Part shown: positions 23,918-35,335 of the stretch, one piece after another
How the letters are laid out: each line of letters starts with the position of its first letter
How positions within the stretch are numbered: the first letter of the stretch is position 1
From: Squalus acanthias
Lineage: Eukaryota
Length of the DNA: 64,000 nt
Direction: 5' to 3'
Assembly (NCBI GenBank): GCA_030390025.1
Contig: CM059443.1
Span: 48,732,001-48,796,000, forward strand
The notes under the pieces: generated by a model
What the model saw: only the letters and a program-made list of their open reading frames with translations
What the model was told of the DNA's origin: nothing
The model's database searches: none
Position numbers and translations under genes: made by a program

Positions 23918-24198
23918 TCCTCCCGTCTCCTCATTCAGAGAGGCGCGGTAGGCGGGAAGCATCACGAGTCTCACATTCCCACAAAGCGTGGAGCACAACG
24001 GAGGAAGGCGAGTTGGAAGCTGTTGGAGGAGCGGTGGCAAGCGGGAAGGGTAGCAGGAGGAGAAGCGCTCTTTCAGCGGCCGGGGATCGTTTCAGTCCCG
24101 GGGGATCACCGTCTGCAGGAGCAGCGGCAACAGGGGATATCGAAGCTTGTCTCATCGAGGCTGCCAAGGCGACACCTCGGAGGAGTAGCATCATTAAG
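23918..24198 (+). pseudogene. PLCL1: Retro-fragment of PLCL1 (PRIP-1) 5'UTR and coding exon 1
   Basis: Translates ...GDIEACLIEAAKATPRRSSIIK, matching my recollection of human PLCL1 SEAGLLEAARATPRRSSIIK. Start apparently mutated to ACG (23998). No GT donor follows. Confidence 0.75.
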
Positions 24199-24538
24199 CT
24201 TTTATTTCCCGAAATATTTTGTTAAATAACCCTATCGACTGACTACACTGCGTTTGAAGAGGACTTTTGATACACATCGGGAGACATTCAGGGAAACTTT
24301 GTCAAGACCTCACCAACACTATCAACATTTATTCTGGAAAATCTCTGAGGTTGGATTCCAGGATACCTGCAGCAGTAGAAAAACAACTGCAACAGCCATT
24401 ATCGTGACCTTCATTTCTCGATACAGGACCAGACTTTCCCGGCTGACAGGAGAGGATCCATTAAAGGAGAAAGAGGAGAGACTTGCATTTGGATAGCGCT
24501 TTTCACGAATACTGGACGTCCCAAAAGCGCTTTACAGA

Positions 24539-24943
24539 CGGGGCTTCTTTTAAACTGAGCCGGTTCCCGCTATTTTACTCTGCGGGGCTCCTTTTAAACT
24601 GAGCCGGTTCCCACTCTTTTACTCTGCGGGGCTTTTTTTTTAAACTGAGCCGGTTCCCGCTCTTTTACTCTGCGGGGCTTTTTTTTTAAACTGAGCCGGT
24701 TCCCGCTCTTTTACTCTGCGGGGCTTTTTTTTTAAACTGAGCCGGTTCCCGCTCTTTTACTCTGCGGGGCTTTTTTTTTAAACTGAGCCGGTTCCCGCTC
24801 TTTTACTCTGCGGGGCTTTTTTTTTAAACTGAGCCAGTTCCCGCTATTTTACTCTGCGGGGCTCCTTTTAAACTGAGCCGGTTCCCGCTCTTTTACTCTG
24901 CGGGGCTCCTTTTAAACTGCGCCGGTTCCCGCTCTTTTACTCT
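24539..24943. repeat. Tandem repeat, ~9 copies of ~45 bp (gcggggct(t)naaactgagccggttcccgctcttttactct)
   Basis: Direct reading; lies just upstream of CR1 ORF1. Confidence 0.95.
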
Positions 24944-25106
24944 GATAAATCTTATTTGTCCCACTCACAGACATAGTGCCTGTCACACCCACTGTACCAG
25001 ACACACCCACACACTTCGGTGACAACAACTGATCCGCCCCGGAATAGACAAAACAGTGGATTGGTTTAAATCTGTTCTAGTTTAATCCGCAAGTTAGCTA
25101 GAGGGG

Positions 25107-26033
25107 ATGGCAGGGGAGGCAGTGAAATGTTCCTCCTGCCGAATGTTTGAGGTGAGGGACGCCGTAGGTGTCCCTGCTGATTACACCTGTGGGAAGTGCA
25201 CCCATCTCCAGCTCCTCGAAAACCGTGTTAGGGAACTGGAGCTGGAGCTGGATGAACTTCGGATCATTCGGGAGGCAGAGGAGGTCATAGATAGAAGCTT
25301 CAGGGATGTAATTACTCCAAAGAATGAAGATAGATGGGTGACGGTGAGAGGGGCTAGGAGGAGGCGGTCGGTGCGGGGATCCTCTGTGGTCGTTCCCCTC
25401 AGTAACAGGTATAACGCTTTGGATACTGTCGAGGGGGACGACCTACCGGAGGTAAGCCGCGGTGACCGGATCTCCGGCGCTGGGTCCGTCCCTGTGGCTC
25501 AGAAGGGAAGGGGCGAGAGCAGGAGAGCAATAGTTATTGGGGACTCAATAGTCAGAGGGACAGATAGGAGGTTCTGTGGCAGCAAAAGAGACTCACGGAT
25601 GGTATGTTGCCTCCCGGGTGCCAGGGTCCGAGACGTCTCGGACCGTGTTTTCAGAATCCTCAAGGGGGAGGGGGAACAATCACAAGTCGTGGTACACGTC
25701 GGTACCAACGACATAGGTAGGAGAAGGGACGGGGATTTAAAACAGGAATTTAGGGAGCTAGGTTGGAAGCTGAGAGCCAGTATAAGCCATGTTGTAATTT
25801 CTGGTTTGTTGCCGGTGCCACGTGCCAGCGAGTTGAGGAACAGGGAGAGAGTGCAGATAAACACGTGGCTGCAGGGATGGTGTCGGGGGGAGGGTTTCAG
25901 TTATGTGGATAATTGGAGCGCATTCTGGGGAAGGTGGGACCTGTACAAACAGGACGGTTTGCACCTGAACCAGAGGGGCACCAATATCCTGGGAGGGAAA
26001 TTTGCTACGGCTCTTCGCGGGGGTTTAAACTAA
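25107..26033 (+). CDS. CR1 ORF1p (zinc finger/coiled coil plus SGNH esterase)
   Basis: CSSC...CGKC, LLENRVRELELELDEL, VIGDSIVR, VHVGTND, DGLHLN. Confidence 0.9.
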   Translation: MAGEAVKCSSCRMFEVRDAVGVPADYTCGKCTHLQLLENRVRELELELDELRIIREAEEVIDRSFRDVITPKNEDRWVTVRGARRRRSVRGSSVVVPLSNRYNALDTVEGDDLPEVSRGDRISGAGSVPVAQKGRGESRRAIVIGDSIVRGTDRRFCGSKRDSRMVCCLPGARVRDVSDRVFRILKGEGEQSQVVVHVGTNDIGRRRDGDLKQEFRELGWKLRASISHVVISGLLPVPRASELRNRERVQINTWLQGWCRGEGFSYVDNWSAFWGRWDLYKQDGLHLNQRGTNILGGKFATALRGGLN

Positions 26034-27958
26034 TTTGTCAGGGGGATGGGAAAAAGGGCTGTAGTCCAGGAGCCAGTGGTGAGTGTAGGGAGGTACTGAG
26101 GAGGGTATCAAGGTCGCAGGAATGTACCAGCAGACAGGAAGGTGGCTTGAAGTGTGTCTACTTTAATGCAAGGAGCATCCGGAATAAGGTAGGAGAACTT
26201 GGAGCGTGGATTGGTACTTGGGACTACGATGTGGTGGCCATTACGGAGACATGGTTAGAACAGGGACAGGAATGGTTGTTGGAAGTTCCGGGGTATAGAT
26301 GTTTCAGTAAGAGTAGGGAAGGTGGTAAGAAAGGTGGAGGAGTAGCATTGTTAATCAAGGATAGTTTAACAGCGGCAGAAAGGCAGTTCGAGGGGGATCT
26401 GCCGTCTGAGGTAATATGGGCTGAAGTTAGAAATAGGAAAGGAGCGGTCACGTTGTTAGGAGTTTTCTACAGGCCCCCAAATAGTAATAGAGATGTGGAG
26501 GAAGAAATTGCAAAGCAGATTATGAATAGGTGTGGAGGTCACAGAGTAGTTGTCATGGGTGACTTCAACTTTCCAAATATTGATTGGAACCTTTATAGGT
26601 CAAACAGTTCGGATGGGATAGTTTTTGCACAGTGTGTGCAGGAGGGTTTCCTGACACAATATGTGGATAGGCCGACAAGAGGTGGGGCCACATTGGATTT
26701 GGTACTGGGTAATGAACTGGGCCAAGTGTTTGATTTGTATGTGGGAGAGCACTTTGGAGATAGCGACCACAATTCGGTGACTTTCACTATTGTAATGGAG
26801 AGGGATAGGGCCATACGGCAGGGCAGGGTTTATAATTGGGTGAGGGGTAATTATGATGCGATTAGGCAAGAATTAGGGAGCATAAGATGGGAACAGAAAC
26901 TATCAGGGAAAGGCACAAACGAAAAGTGGAGCTTTTTCATGGAGCAATTACTGCGTGTCCTTGATAGGTATGTCCCTGTCAGGCAGGGAGGAAATGGCCG
27001 AGTGAGAGAACCATGGTTCACAAAAGAGGTTGAATGTCTAGTCAAGAGGAAAAAGGAAGCGTATGTAAGGATGAGAAAACAAGGTTCATTTGGGTCGATT
27101 GAGGGGTACAAGGTAGCAAGGAATGAGCTAAAAAAAGAGTTTAGGAGAGCTAGGAGGGGGCATGAGAAGTCCTTGGCGGGTCGGATCAAGAAAAACCCCA
27201 AGGCTTTTTACTCTTACGTGAGAAATAAAAGAATGACCAGGGTGAGGGTAGGGCCGGTCAAGGACAGTAGTGGGAACTTGTGCATGGAGTCAGAAGAGAT
27301 AGGAGAGGTGATGAATGAATACTTTTCGTCAGTGTTCACCGAGGAGAGGGGCCATGTTTTTGAGGATGAGAGTGTGATAAAGGTGGATAGGCTGGAGGAG
27401 GTAGATGTTCTGAGGGAAGATGTTTTAGCAATTTTGAAGAACCTGAGGGTCGATAAGTCCCCTGGGCCAGATGGGATATATCCTAGGATTCTTTGGGAGG
27501 CAAGGGAGGAGATTGCAGAGCCTTTGGCTTTGATCTTTGGGTCCTCACTGTCCACGGGGATGGTGCCAGAGGACTGGAGAGTGGCGAATGTTGTTCTTCT
27601 CTTCAAGAAAGGAAATAGGAATGACCCTGGTAATTATAGGCCGGTTAGTCTCACTTCGGTGGTTGGTAAGATAATGGAAAAGGTCCTGAGGGATAGGATT
27701 TATGACCATTTGGAAAGAGGCAACTTAATCAGGGATAGTCAACACGGATTCGTGAAGGGTAGGTCTTGCCTAACAAATTTGATTGAATTCTTTGAGGAGG
27801 TAACTAAGTGTGTAGATGAAGGTAGAGCAGTTGATGTCGTATACATGGATTTTAGTAAGGCGTTTGATAAGGTTCCCCATGGTCAGCTCATGAAGAAAGT
27901 AAGGAGTTGTGGGATAGAGGGAAATTTGGCCGATTGGATAAGTAACTGGCTATCTCAT

Positions 27959-28224
27959 CAGTTGTATCTTGCTATGTCTTTGATGTGGTACCTTCCTGGC
28001 TGACTTAATTAACTTTATCACACCTCGGCAGATAGTCAGGATGATTTAATTTATTGGTCTGCAATTGTAAAGTACACATGCTTTGTTTTCCATCTATATA
28101 TGCTTTGGAGATTCTGTATCTAATTTACTTCACCTGAGGAAGGAGCAAATCGATAGCTCCGAAAGCTTGTGATTTCAAATAAAACTGTTGGACTATAACC
28201 TGGTGTTGTGCGACCTCTCAATTT
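27959..28224 (+). mobile_element. ~265-bp hammerhead-bearing element inserted into CR1 ORF2
   Basis: 8-bp target duplication tatctcat (27951-27958 and 28225-28232); 3' part nearly identical to 15952-16035. Confidence 0.8.
28130..28172 (+). ncRNA. Minimal type I hammerhead ribozyme
   Basis: TCAC-CTGAGGA-a-GGAGC(aaatcgata)GCTCC-GAAAGCTT-GTGA; perfect 5-bp stem II. Confidence 0.8.
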
Positions 28225-29290
28225 TATCTCATAGAAGGCAGAGGGTGGTGGTGGATGGAAAATTTTCGGACTGGAGACCAGTTACCAGCGGTGTGCCACA
28301 GGGGTCGGTGCTGGGTCCTCTGCTGTTTGTGATTTTTAATCAATGACTTGGAGGAGGGGACTGAAGGGTGGATCAGTAAATTTGCTGATGACACCAAGAT
28401 TGGTGGAGTAGTGGATGAGGTGGAGGGCTGTTGTAAGCTGCAAAGAGACATTGATAGGATGCAGAGCTGGGCCGAAAAATGGCAGATGGAATTTAACCCT
28501 GATAAGTGCGAGGTGATTCATTTTGGTAGGGCAAATTTGAATAAGGATTACAGGGTCAACGGCAGGGTTCTGAGGAACGTGGAGGAACTGAGGGATCTGG
28601 GGGTTCATATCCACAGATCTCTGAAAGTTGCCACTCAAGTGGATAGAGCAGTAAAGAAGGCCTATAGTGTGTTAGCGTTTATTAACAAGGGGTTTGAGTT
28701 TAAGAACCGTGAGGTTATGCTACAACTGTACAGGACCTTGGTGAGACCATATTTGGAATATTGTGTGCAGTTCTGGTCACCTCACTATAGGAAGGACGTG
28801 GAAGCATTGGAAAGAGTGCAAAGGAGATTTACCAGGATGCTGCCTGGTTTGGGGGGGGAGGTCTTATGAGGAAAGATTGAGGGAGTTAGGGCTTTTCTCT
28901 TTAGAGCGGAGGAGGATGAGAGGCGACTTAATAGAGGTTTATAAGATGATGAGGGGGATAGATAGAGTGGATGTTCAGAGACTATTTCCTCGGGTGGAGG
29001 TAGCTGTTACAAGGGGGCATAACTATAAGGTGCATGGGGGGAGATATAGAAGGGATGTCCGAGGTAGATTCTTTACTCAGAGAGTGGTTGGGGTGTGGAA
29101 TGGACTGCCTGCTGTGATAGTGGAGTCGGACACTTTAGGAACTTTCAAGCGGTTATTGAATAAGCACATGGAGCACACCAGAATGATAGGGAGTGGGATA
29201 GCTTGATCTTGGTCTCGGACAATGCTCGGCACAACATCGAGGGCTGAAGGGCCTGTACTGTGCTGTACTGTTCTATGTTCTATGTTCTAT

Positions 29291-30460
29291 CACTAATGTG
29301 GTAGATAAGGGAGTGTACATGGATTTTAGATGGACTTCCAGAAGGCATTCAATAATGTTCCACACAAGACACTGTTAGCAAAAATGAAAGCACATGGCTA
29401 TTGACAAGACTAGGGAATTGGTTAGGAGGTTGGAAGCTGAGAGTAGGGATAATGGGTAATATACTCCAATTGGCAGGATGTGACTACTAGTGTCTCCCAG
29501 AGATCTGAACTGGGGCCTCAGATTTTCACTATATTTATAAAAAAAGACTTAGATAAAGGAATAGAGCGCCAAATATCCAAGGTTGCTGACAACACGGAGT
29601 TAGGTGCCACAGTAAGTAGTGTTGTCAAGGGACGTTGACAGATTAAGTGAGTTGGCAAAACTGGCAGATGGGGTTCAGTGTAGGGAAGTGTGAGAGGATC
29701 CACTTTGGACCGAAGAAAGATAGGTCAGAATATTTTCTAAATGGTGAGAAGATAGGAACTGTGGAGGAGCCGAGAGATTTCGGGGTCCAAGTACAGAAAT
29801 CACTAAAAAGCTAAAAACAGGGACAAAAAATAATTAAAAAGGCGAATAGAAAGTTAGCTTTATCTCAAGTTGGCTGGAATACAAAAGAGTAGATGTTATG
29901 CGACAGTTGTATAAAGCTTAGGTGAGACCACATCTGGAGTGCTGTTTTGAGTTCTGGGCACTGCACCTCAGGAAGGACATACTGGCCTTAGAAGGGGTGA
30001 TACTGGGGCTAAAAGGGTTAAATTACGAGGACAGGTTGCAGAGACTAGGCTTGTATTCCCTCGAGTATAGAAGATTAAGGGGTGATCTAATTGAGGTGTT
30101 TAAGATGATATAAGGATTTGATAGGGTGGATAGAGAGAAAGTATTTCCTCTGGTGGAGGAGTCTAAAACAAGGCGGCATAACCTTAAAATTAGAGCCAGG
30201 CACTTTAGGGGTGATGTCAGGAAGCACTTCTTCACACAAAGGGTGGTGGAAATCTGGAACTTGCTCCCCCCAAAAAGCTGTTGAGGCTGAGAGTCAATTG
30301 AAAATTTCAGAACTGAGATTGGTAGATGTTTATCAGTTAAGGGTATGAAGGCATATGCAACCAAGGCGGGTAAATGGAGTTAGGTCACAGATCAGCAATG
30401 ATCAAATTGAATGGCGGAACAGGCTCGAGGGGCTGAATGGCCTCCTTCTGTTCCTATGTC
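29291..30460 (+). mobile_element. Old CR1, right part
   Basis: Degenerate RT C-terminus (RPHLEC, RGDLIEVFK) and 3' hairpin. Confidence 0.85.
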
Positions 30461-30579
30461 GCTGTGGTCACAGTAAATGTGATAAGATCAGAACTATGAA
30501 TTTAAAAATCATTGTAATAAGTCTGTACTTAAATATAATTTTCCGGATTTAGATCAAACATTTTAAAGCTCTTGCTTAC

Positions 30580-30696
30580 CCTTGGCAGCTTGCCGTTTCC
30601 TTCGGATTATGCAAAGTGCCCCATCAATGCAAACTAGCACAACCAAGTACAGAACCAAAACACACATACGTATGTCACTGCAGCTGGTGTAAGGAC
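30580..30696 (-). CDS. Receptor B transmembrane exon (charged: Arg and Asp)
   Basis: ctctgcag / GTAAGC, 117 nt, phase 1-1; GPYTSCSDI-R-MCVLVLYLVVLVCI-D-GALCII-RRKRQAAK. Confidence 0.85.
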
Positions 30697-30770
30697 CTGC
30701 AGAGGAGAAGCAACATTAAGTTCAGTCTGTGCAATCCCGTGTTATATGTACAGCTGATCACACTGGTTAC

Positions 30771-30803
30771 CTGGGCTGAGGAACAGACATTTCTGGTTAG
30801 AAT
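30771..30803 (-). CDS. Receptor B 33-nt linker exon
   Basis: tattccag / GTAACC; NSNQKCLFLSP. Confidence 0.7.
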
Positions 30804-30940
30804 CTGGAATAGTCCAATGGCGAAGGAAGTAAATCAAAGCAACTTATAACGGCTACAAACTGTACAACTGATCTGGAATCTCTCAGTTTGAATTATTGAT
30901 ATTAAAAGATTCACATCATATTCTAGATTGTATCACTTAC

Positions 30941-31402
30941 TTTGAGTATTTGTACAAGTTATGCTGCTGGTCACTGAGGAGATTCCAGATGTTGAGGTGG
31001 GGGTGTCTGAAGTCTCTGCACTCGCCTCTGTCACAGTAAGGGAGATGTTTGCTGCAATCTTCCAGACAGGTTTCCCTGAATCCTGACCGTGGACAGCACA
31101 GAGATACCTCCCAGTGTCCACCACATCCGCTGAGTGAATAGTAAGGTTGTGAGACTGGGGTCTAGCAGTAGGATTGTCTGAGCTTTGGGCAGAGATTCTT
31201 TGTGACGACCTTCTATCCACACAGCAGCGTGTGTTAATTTTTGCCTCCTTTTCCTCAATGTGAACAGAGTGCAGACACTTGGAAACGTTTCCAGATCTGA
31301 TCCAAAACAGAGTGAAGGGGAGCTTTTTTGTATTCTCAAACTGGCAGGGTAAAGTCACATTCACTCCCTCTGAGGAGATTTCTTCAGTAGAAAATATTTC
31401 AT
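30941..31402 (-). CDS. Receptor B D2 exon: V-set Ig domain plus Ser/Thr stalk
   Basis: 462 nt, phase 1-1; VTLPC, LFWIR, LTIHS, DTGRYLC V-frame motifs; extra cysteines KC and RCC. Confidence 0.92.
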
Positions 31403-31689
31403 CTGAATGTATAAACAACATTGACAAGAACATTTATTAATATAATAATCTTCAGTGCGGTACTTTGTCAAACGATTTCCTAAAGTCCATGTACAGTATA
31501 TTCCCTGCATTCCTCCATTTACCATGTCTGTTACCTTCTCGACGGTTTTTCAACCTCAATCATCCTCTTTGAAATCCGTGCCAGCTACTTATCACTATTT
31601 TCTCTTTATCTATATACATGGTTATTTCATCTTAATAAAGACCCTAAAGTTTTCCCAATGACAGCTATCTGCCCTAAAACCTCCTCTAA

Positions 31690-31860
31690 TATCTCCCCAA
31701 CACCTCCCAATATCTCCTCTAACATCTCACCTTATATCTCCCCTAAAGTCCCGGCAATAACTCCCCCGATACCTCCCCTGATACTTCCCCGATACCACCC
31801 CATACTTCCCCTGATATCTCCTCCGATACTTCCCCGATCCCTCCCCCGATATTGCCCCAG
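31690..31860. repeat. Imperfect C-rich short-unit repeat (ccccgatact-like) just inside the D1-D2 intron
   Basis: Direct reading; a shorter version lies at ~56560-56615. Confidence 0.7.
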
Positions 31861-31869
31861 TACACGTAC

Positions 31870-32268
31870 CACTCTGGATTATCACAAAGAACAAGTCGTG
31901 GTTTTCACATCCCTCTCCTGACAGTGTGAGCCAGGACGGACACTTCGATGATCCTCCGTCTGTGGAATCCTGAGCCGAGCAGGTAAATACCATCGAGTTA
32001 AACGTCTCCACATCGAATGTCAGAGACTGAGACTCCATTTGTTCTTCGTTTAATTTGCATTTACTAGACTTTAGTTTGCTGGGCCTTTTTCTCAACTTAG
32101 GACTGATGTTTTCACCAAATTTCCTTTCCTTCTTACATTTTATTTTGTCCATTTCTGCTCCGAGATCAGTGGAGCTGCACAAGGTTACTTCATCCCCAGC
32201 ACCAGTGGGCATGTTGCACTGCAGAGTGGTGACATCTCCTGGTCCTCGGGAGAAGAGATAAGTGGATC
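31870..32268 (-). CDS. Receptor B D1 exon: divergent Cys-rich Ig-like domain
   Basis: ttccctgcag / GTACGT, 399 nt, phase 1-1, open; PGDVTTLQC...SLTFDV...VFTCSA...LFFVII. Lacks the canonical C-strand Trp. Confidence 0.85.
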
Positions 32269-32439
32269 CTGCAGGGAAAGGGCAGAATCGGATAGAGATA
32301 AATAACATCCAACACAGGAAAGATCATTAAACACTCAATGTGACACAAGCCTCTCACAGTGAACGAAGGAATCATACTCTTGGTAATAGGCCAGTTTATT
32401 GTTCCTTTCATAGACTTCTTTGCTACAGTCTATAAATTA

Positions 32440-33412
32440 GCATCCCTCTCCATTCTCAGCCTTCTACACTGTTCCAACAAAGCTCAACGTAAGCTCGAGG
32501 AACAGCACCTCATAGAAGCATAGAAGATAGGAGCAGGAGTAGGCCATTCGGCTCCTAGAGCCTGCTCCGCCATTTAATGAGATCATGGCTGATCATCCAA
32601 ATTCAGTACCCTGTCCCTGCTTTCTCCCCATATCCCTTGATCCCTTTAGCCTTAAGAAATATATCTATCTCCTTCTTGAATATATTTAATGAATTGGCCT
32701 CAACTGCCTTCTGTGGTAGAGAATTCCACAGGTTTACCACTCTCTGGGTGAAGAAATTCCTCCTCATCTCAGTCCTAAATGGCTTACCCCTTATCCTTAG
32801 ACTGTGACCCCTGTTTCTGGACTCACCCGCCATCGGAAACATCCTTCCTGCATCTAGTCTGTCTAGTCCTGTTAGAATTTTATAAGTTTCAATGAGATCC
32901 CTTCTCATTCTTCTAAACTCTAGCGAATATAAGCCTAATCGACCCAATCTCTCTTCATACGTCATTCCTGCCATCCCAGGTATCAGTCTGGTAAATCTTC
33001 GCTGCACTCCCTCCATGGCAAGAACATCCTTCCTCAGATAAGGCAACAAAAACTGCACACAATACACAATACTCATCTTTCAATTAGGCACTTTACAGCC
33101 TTCTGGACTCAACATCGAGTTCAACAATTTCAGACCATAACCTCTGCCCCTATTTTTTCAGACAGCAGCTGTTGATGATTCTGCCATCCCCATTTGCAAC
33201 ATTTAACCACTCCTGCCTTCCACCCTATCACAGACCGTCCCTTTTCTTCTTTCCTCCCCGCCCCTCTTTCCCTGCCCCTGCACCTGGTTAAAATCTGTTA
33301 CATCTCTAACTTTTTCCAGTTGTGACGAAGGATCACAGACCTGAAACGCTGACTGTTTCTCTCTCCACGGATGCTGCCTGACCTGCTGAGTGTTTCCAGC
33401 ATTTTCTGTTTC
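32440..33412 (+). mobile_element. Penelope-like element 3' end, interrupted by a CR1 fragment (32512-33070, minus)
   Basis: Rejoined frame LLHCSNKAQRKLEEQHL|IFQLGTLQPSGLNIEF (GIY-YIG C-terminus-like); degenerate hammerhead at 33317-33355. Confidence 0.75.
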
Positions 33413-34315
33413 TGTGCTGTAAATTAGCATATCCACTTGATGTTACCAATTATTTTTTGTCTAATTACTTCTTCCAAATTGTTTCATTAACGCTTGTTGA
33501 CAATGTCTATGTTTTCGGCCTTGTCGAAATGACCAACAATATCCTGTGTGATTACAATCACAGTGCGTTATCCTTCCTCAACGTCCTCAGCATCTCCAAG
33601 GCCCTTGACACAGTCAACCTCCGCAAATGCCTCTCCAATGGCCCACCTTTGTGGCACTGCCCGCAAATACATCCAGTCCTATCTGTCGCAGTGTAGCCAG
33701 CACATCCTCAGGAATCGCTCTTCTCCCGTGTCCAATGGTCGCCCCTCGTCCACCCAAGGCTCCATCCTTGCCCTATCCTATATTCCACACATACGTGATG
33801 TCTCTCAGGAACGTTGTCAAGGAGTCAGCTTCTAAACGTAGCCAAGTCGATACCTCACTTCACCTCTCCATCAATGCCCTCAGTGCTGGACTGTCCGATT
33901 TCTTATCTGGCATCGGGTTCGGGAAAAACCAGGACTCTCCTCAGCTCAAAGTTGGGAAAGGCTAAGCCATCCCGTTCAGCTCCAGTACACACTGACCCTA
34001 TTTGACCCTGAGCTGAACCTCAAACCCATATCCAGCCCACCACCAGATGTCGTGACTTCCCCTCCCAAAGATTGCCTACCTCCATTCCTACCTCACCCTC
34101 AGTGCTGCTGGAACTCTCCTCCACAGCTTCATCTCCTCGACCACTGACATCTCCAATCCTTTCCTCATCGACCTCCTGAGCTTCACCGATAACAGACTCC
34201 AACTCAGCCGGAACCCATCACCCACATCCTGTCCCACACAGCATCCTAATCACCAATCACTCCTGTCCTCACTGACCTCCCCCAGGCATTGAATTCAAAA
34301 CTCCCCATTACACTC

Positions 34316-35335
34316 CTAGGGCAATGTCCTAGGCCCACCTATCTTCAGCTGCTTCATCAATGCCCTTCCCTCTATCATAAGGACAGAAGTGGGGATGTTC
34401 CCTGATGATTGCAGAGTGTTCAGCTCTATTCACAATTCCTCAGATAATGAAGCAGTCCGTGCCTGCATGCAGCAACACCTGGACAAACATAGAAACATAG
34501 AAAAATCGGAGCAGGAGTAGGCCATTTGGCCCTTCGAGCCTGCTCCGCCATTCAATATGATCATGGCTGATCCTCTATCTCAATACCATATGCCCGCTCT
34601 CTCTCCATATCCCTTGATGCCTTTTGTGTCTAGAAATCTATCTATCTCCTTCTTAAATATATTCAGTGACTTGGCCTCCACAGCTGTCTGTGGTAGAGAA
34701 TTCCACAGGTTCACCACCCTCTGAGTGAAGACATTTTTCCTCATCTCAGTCCTAAATGTCCTACCCTGTTTCCTGAGACTGTGACCCCTCATTCTACTTC
34801 TAGAGCCCACCAATCCAGGGAAACAGCCTCCCTGCATCCAGTCTGTCTAGCCCTGTCAGAATGTTATACTTTTCCACGAGATTCCCTCTCATTCTTCTAA
34901 ACTCTAGTGAATACAGGCCTAGTCGACCCAATCTCTCCTCATACGACAGTCCTGCCATCCCAGGAATCAGTCTGGTGAACCTTCGCTGCACTCCCTCTAT
35001 GGCAAGTATATCCTTTCTTAGATAAGGAGACCAAAACTGCACACAGTACTCCAGGTGTGGTCTCACCAAGGCCCTGTATAACTGTAGTAAGACATCCTTG
35101 CTCCTGTACTCAAATCCTCTTGCAATGAAGGCCAACATGCCATATGAAGGACAACATCCAGGCTTGGCCTGATAAGTGGCAAGTAACATTTGCACCACAC
35201 AAGTCCCAGGCAATGGCCATAGCCAACAAGAGAGAGTCTAACCATCTCCTCTTGACATGCAATGGCATTACCATCGTCAAAACGTCCACCATAAACATCC
35301 TGGGGGAGCCATCATTGATCAGAAACAAAACTGGC
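34316..35335 (+). mobile_element. Second-family LINE fragment with nested CR1 3' end (34486-35142, minus)
   Basis: ...MQQHLD | DNIQAWPDKWQVTF rejoin across the CR1. Confidence 0.85.

Larger units (their letters stand above)
25050..29290 (+). mobile_element. Near full-length CR1 LINE (ORF1 plus disrupted ORF2)
   Basis: ORF2 endonuclease/RT from ~26030, broken by an insert at ~27959 and frameshifts near 28335 and 28855; (ttctatg)n tail. Confidence 0.95.

Noticed and set aside
33317-33355. Third hammerhead ribozyme
   Set aside because: Core is mutated (GTGACGA; broken stem III palindrome), so it is probably inactive; kept only as evidence for the Penelope call.
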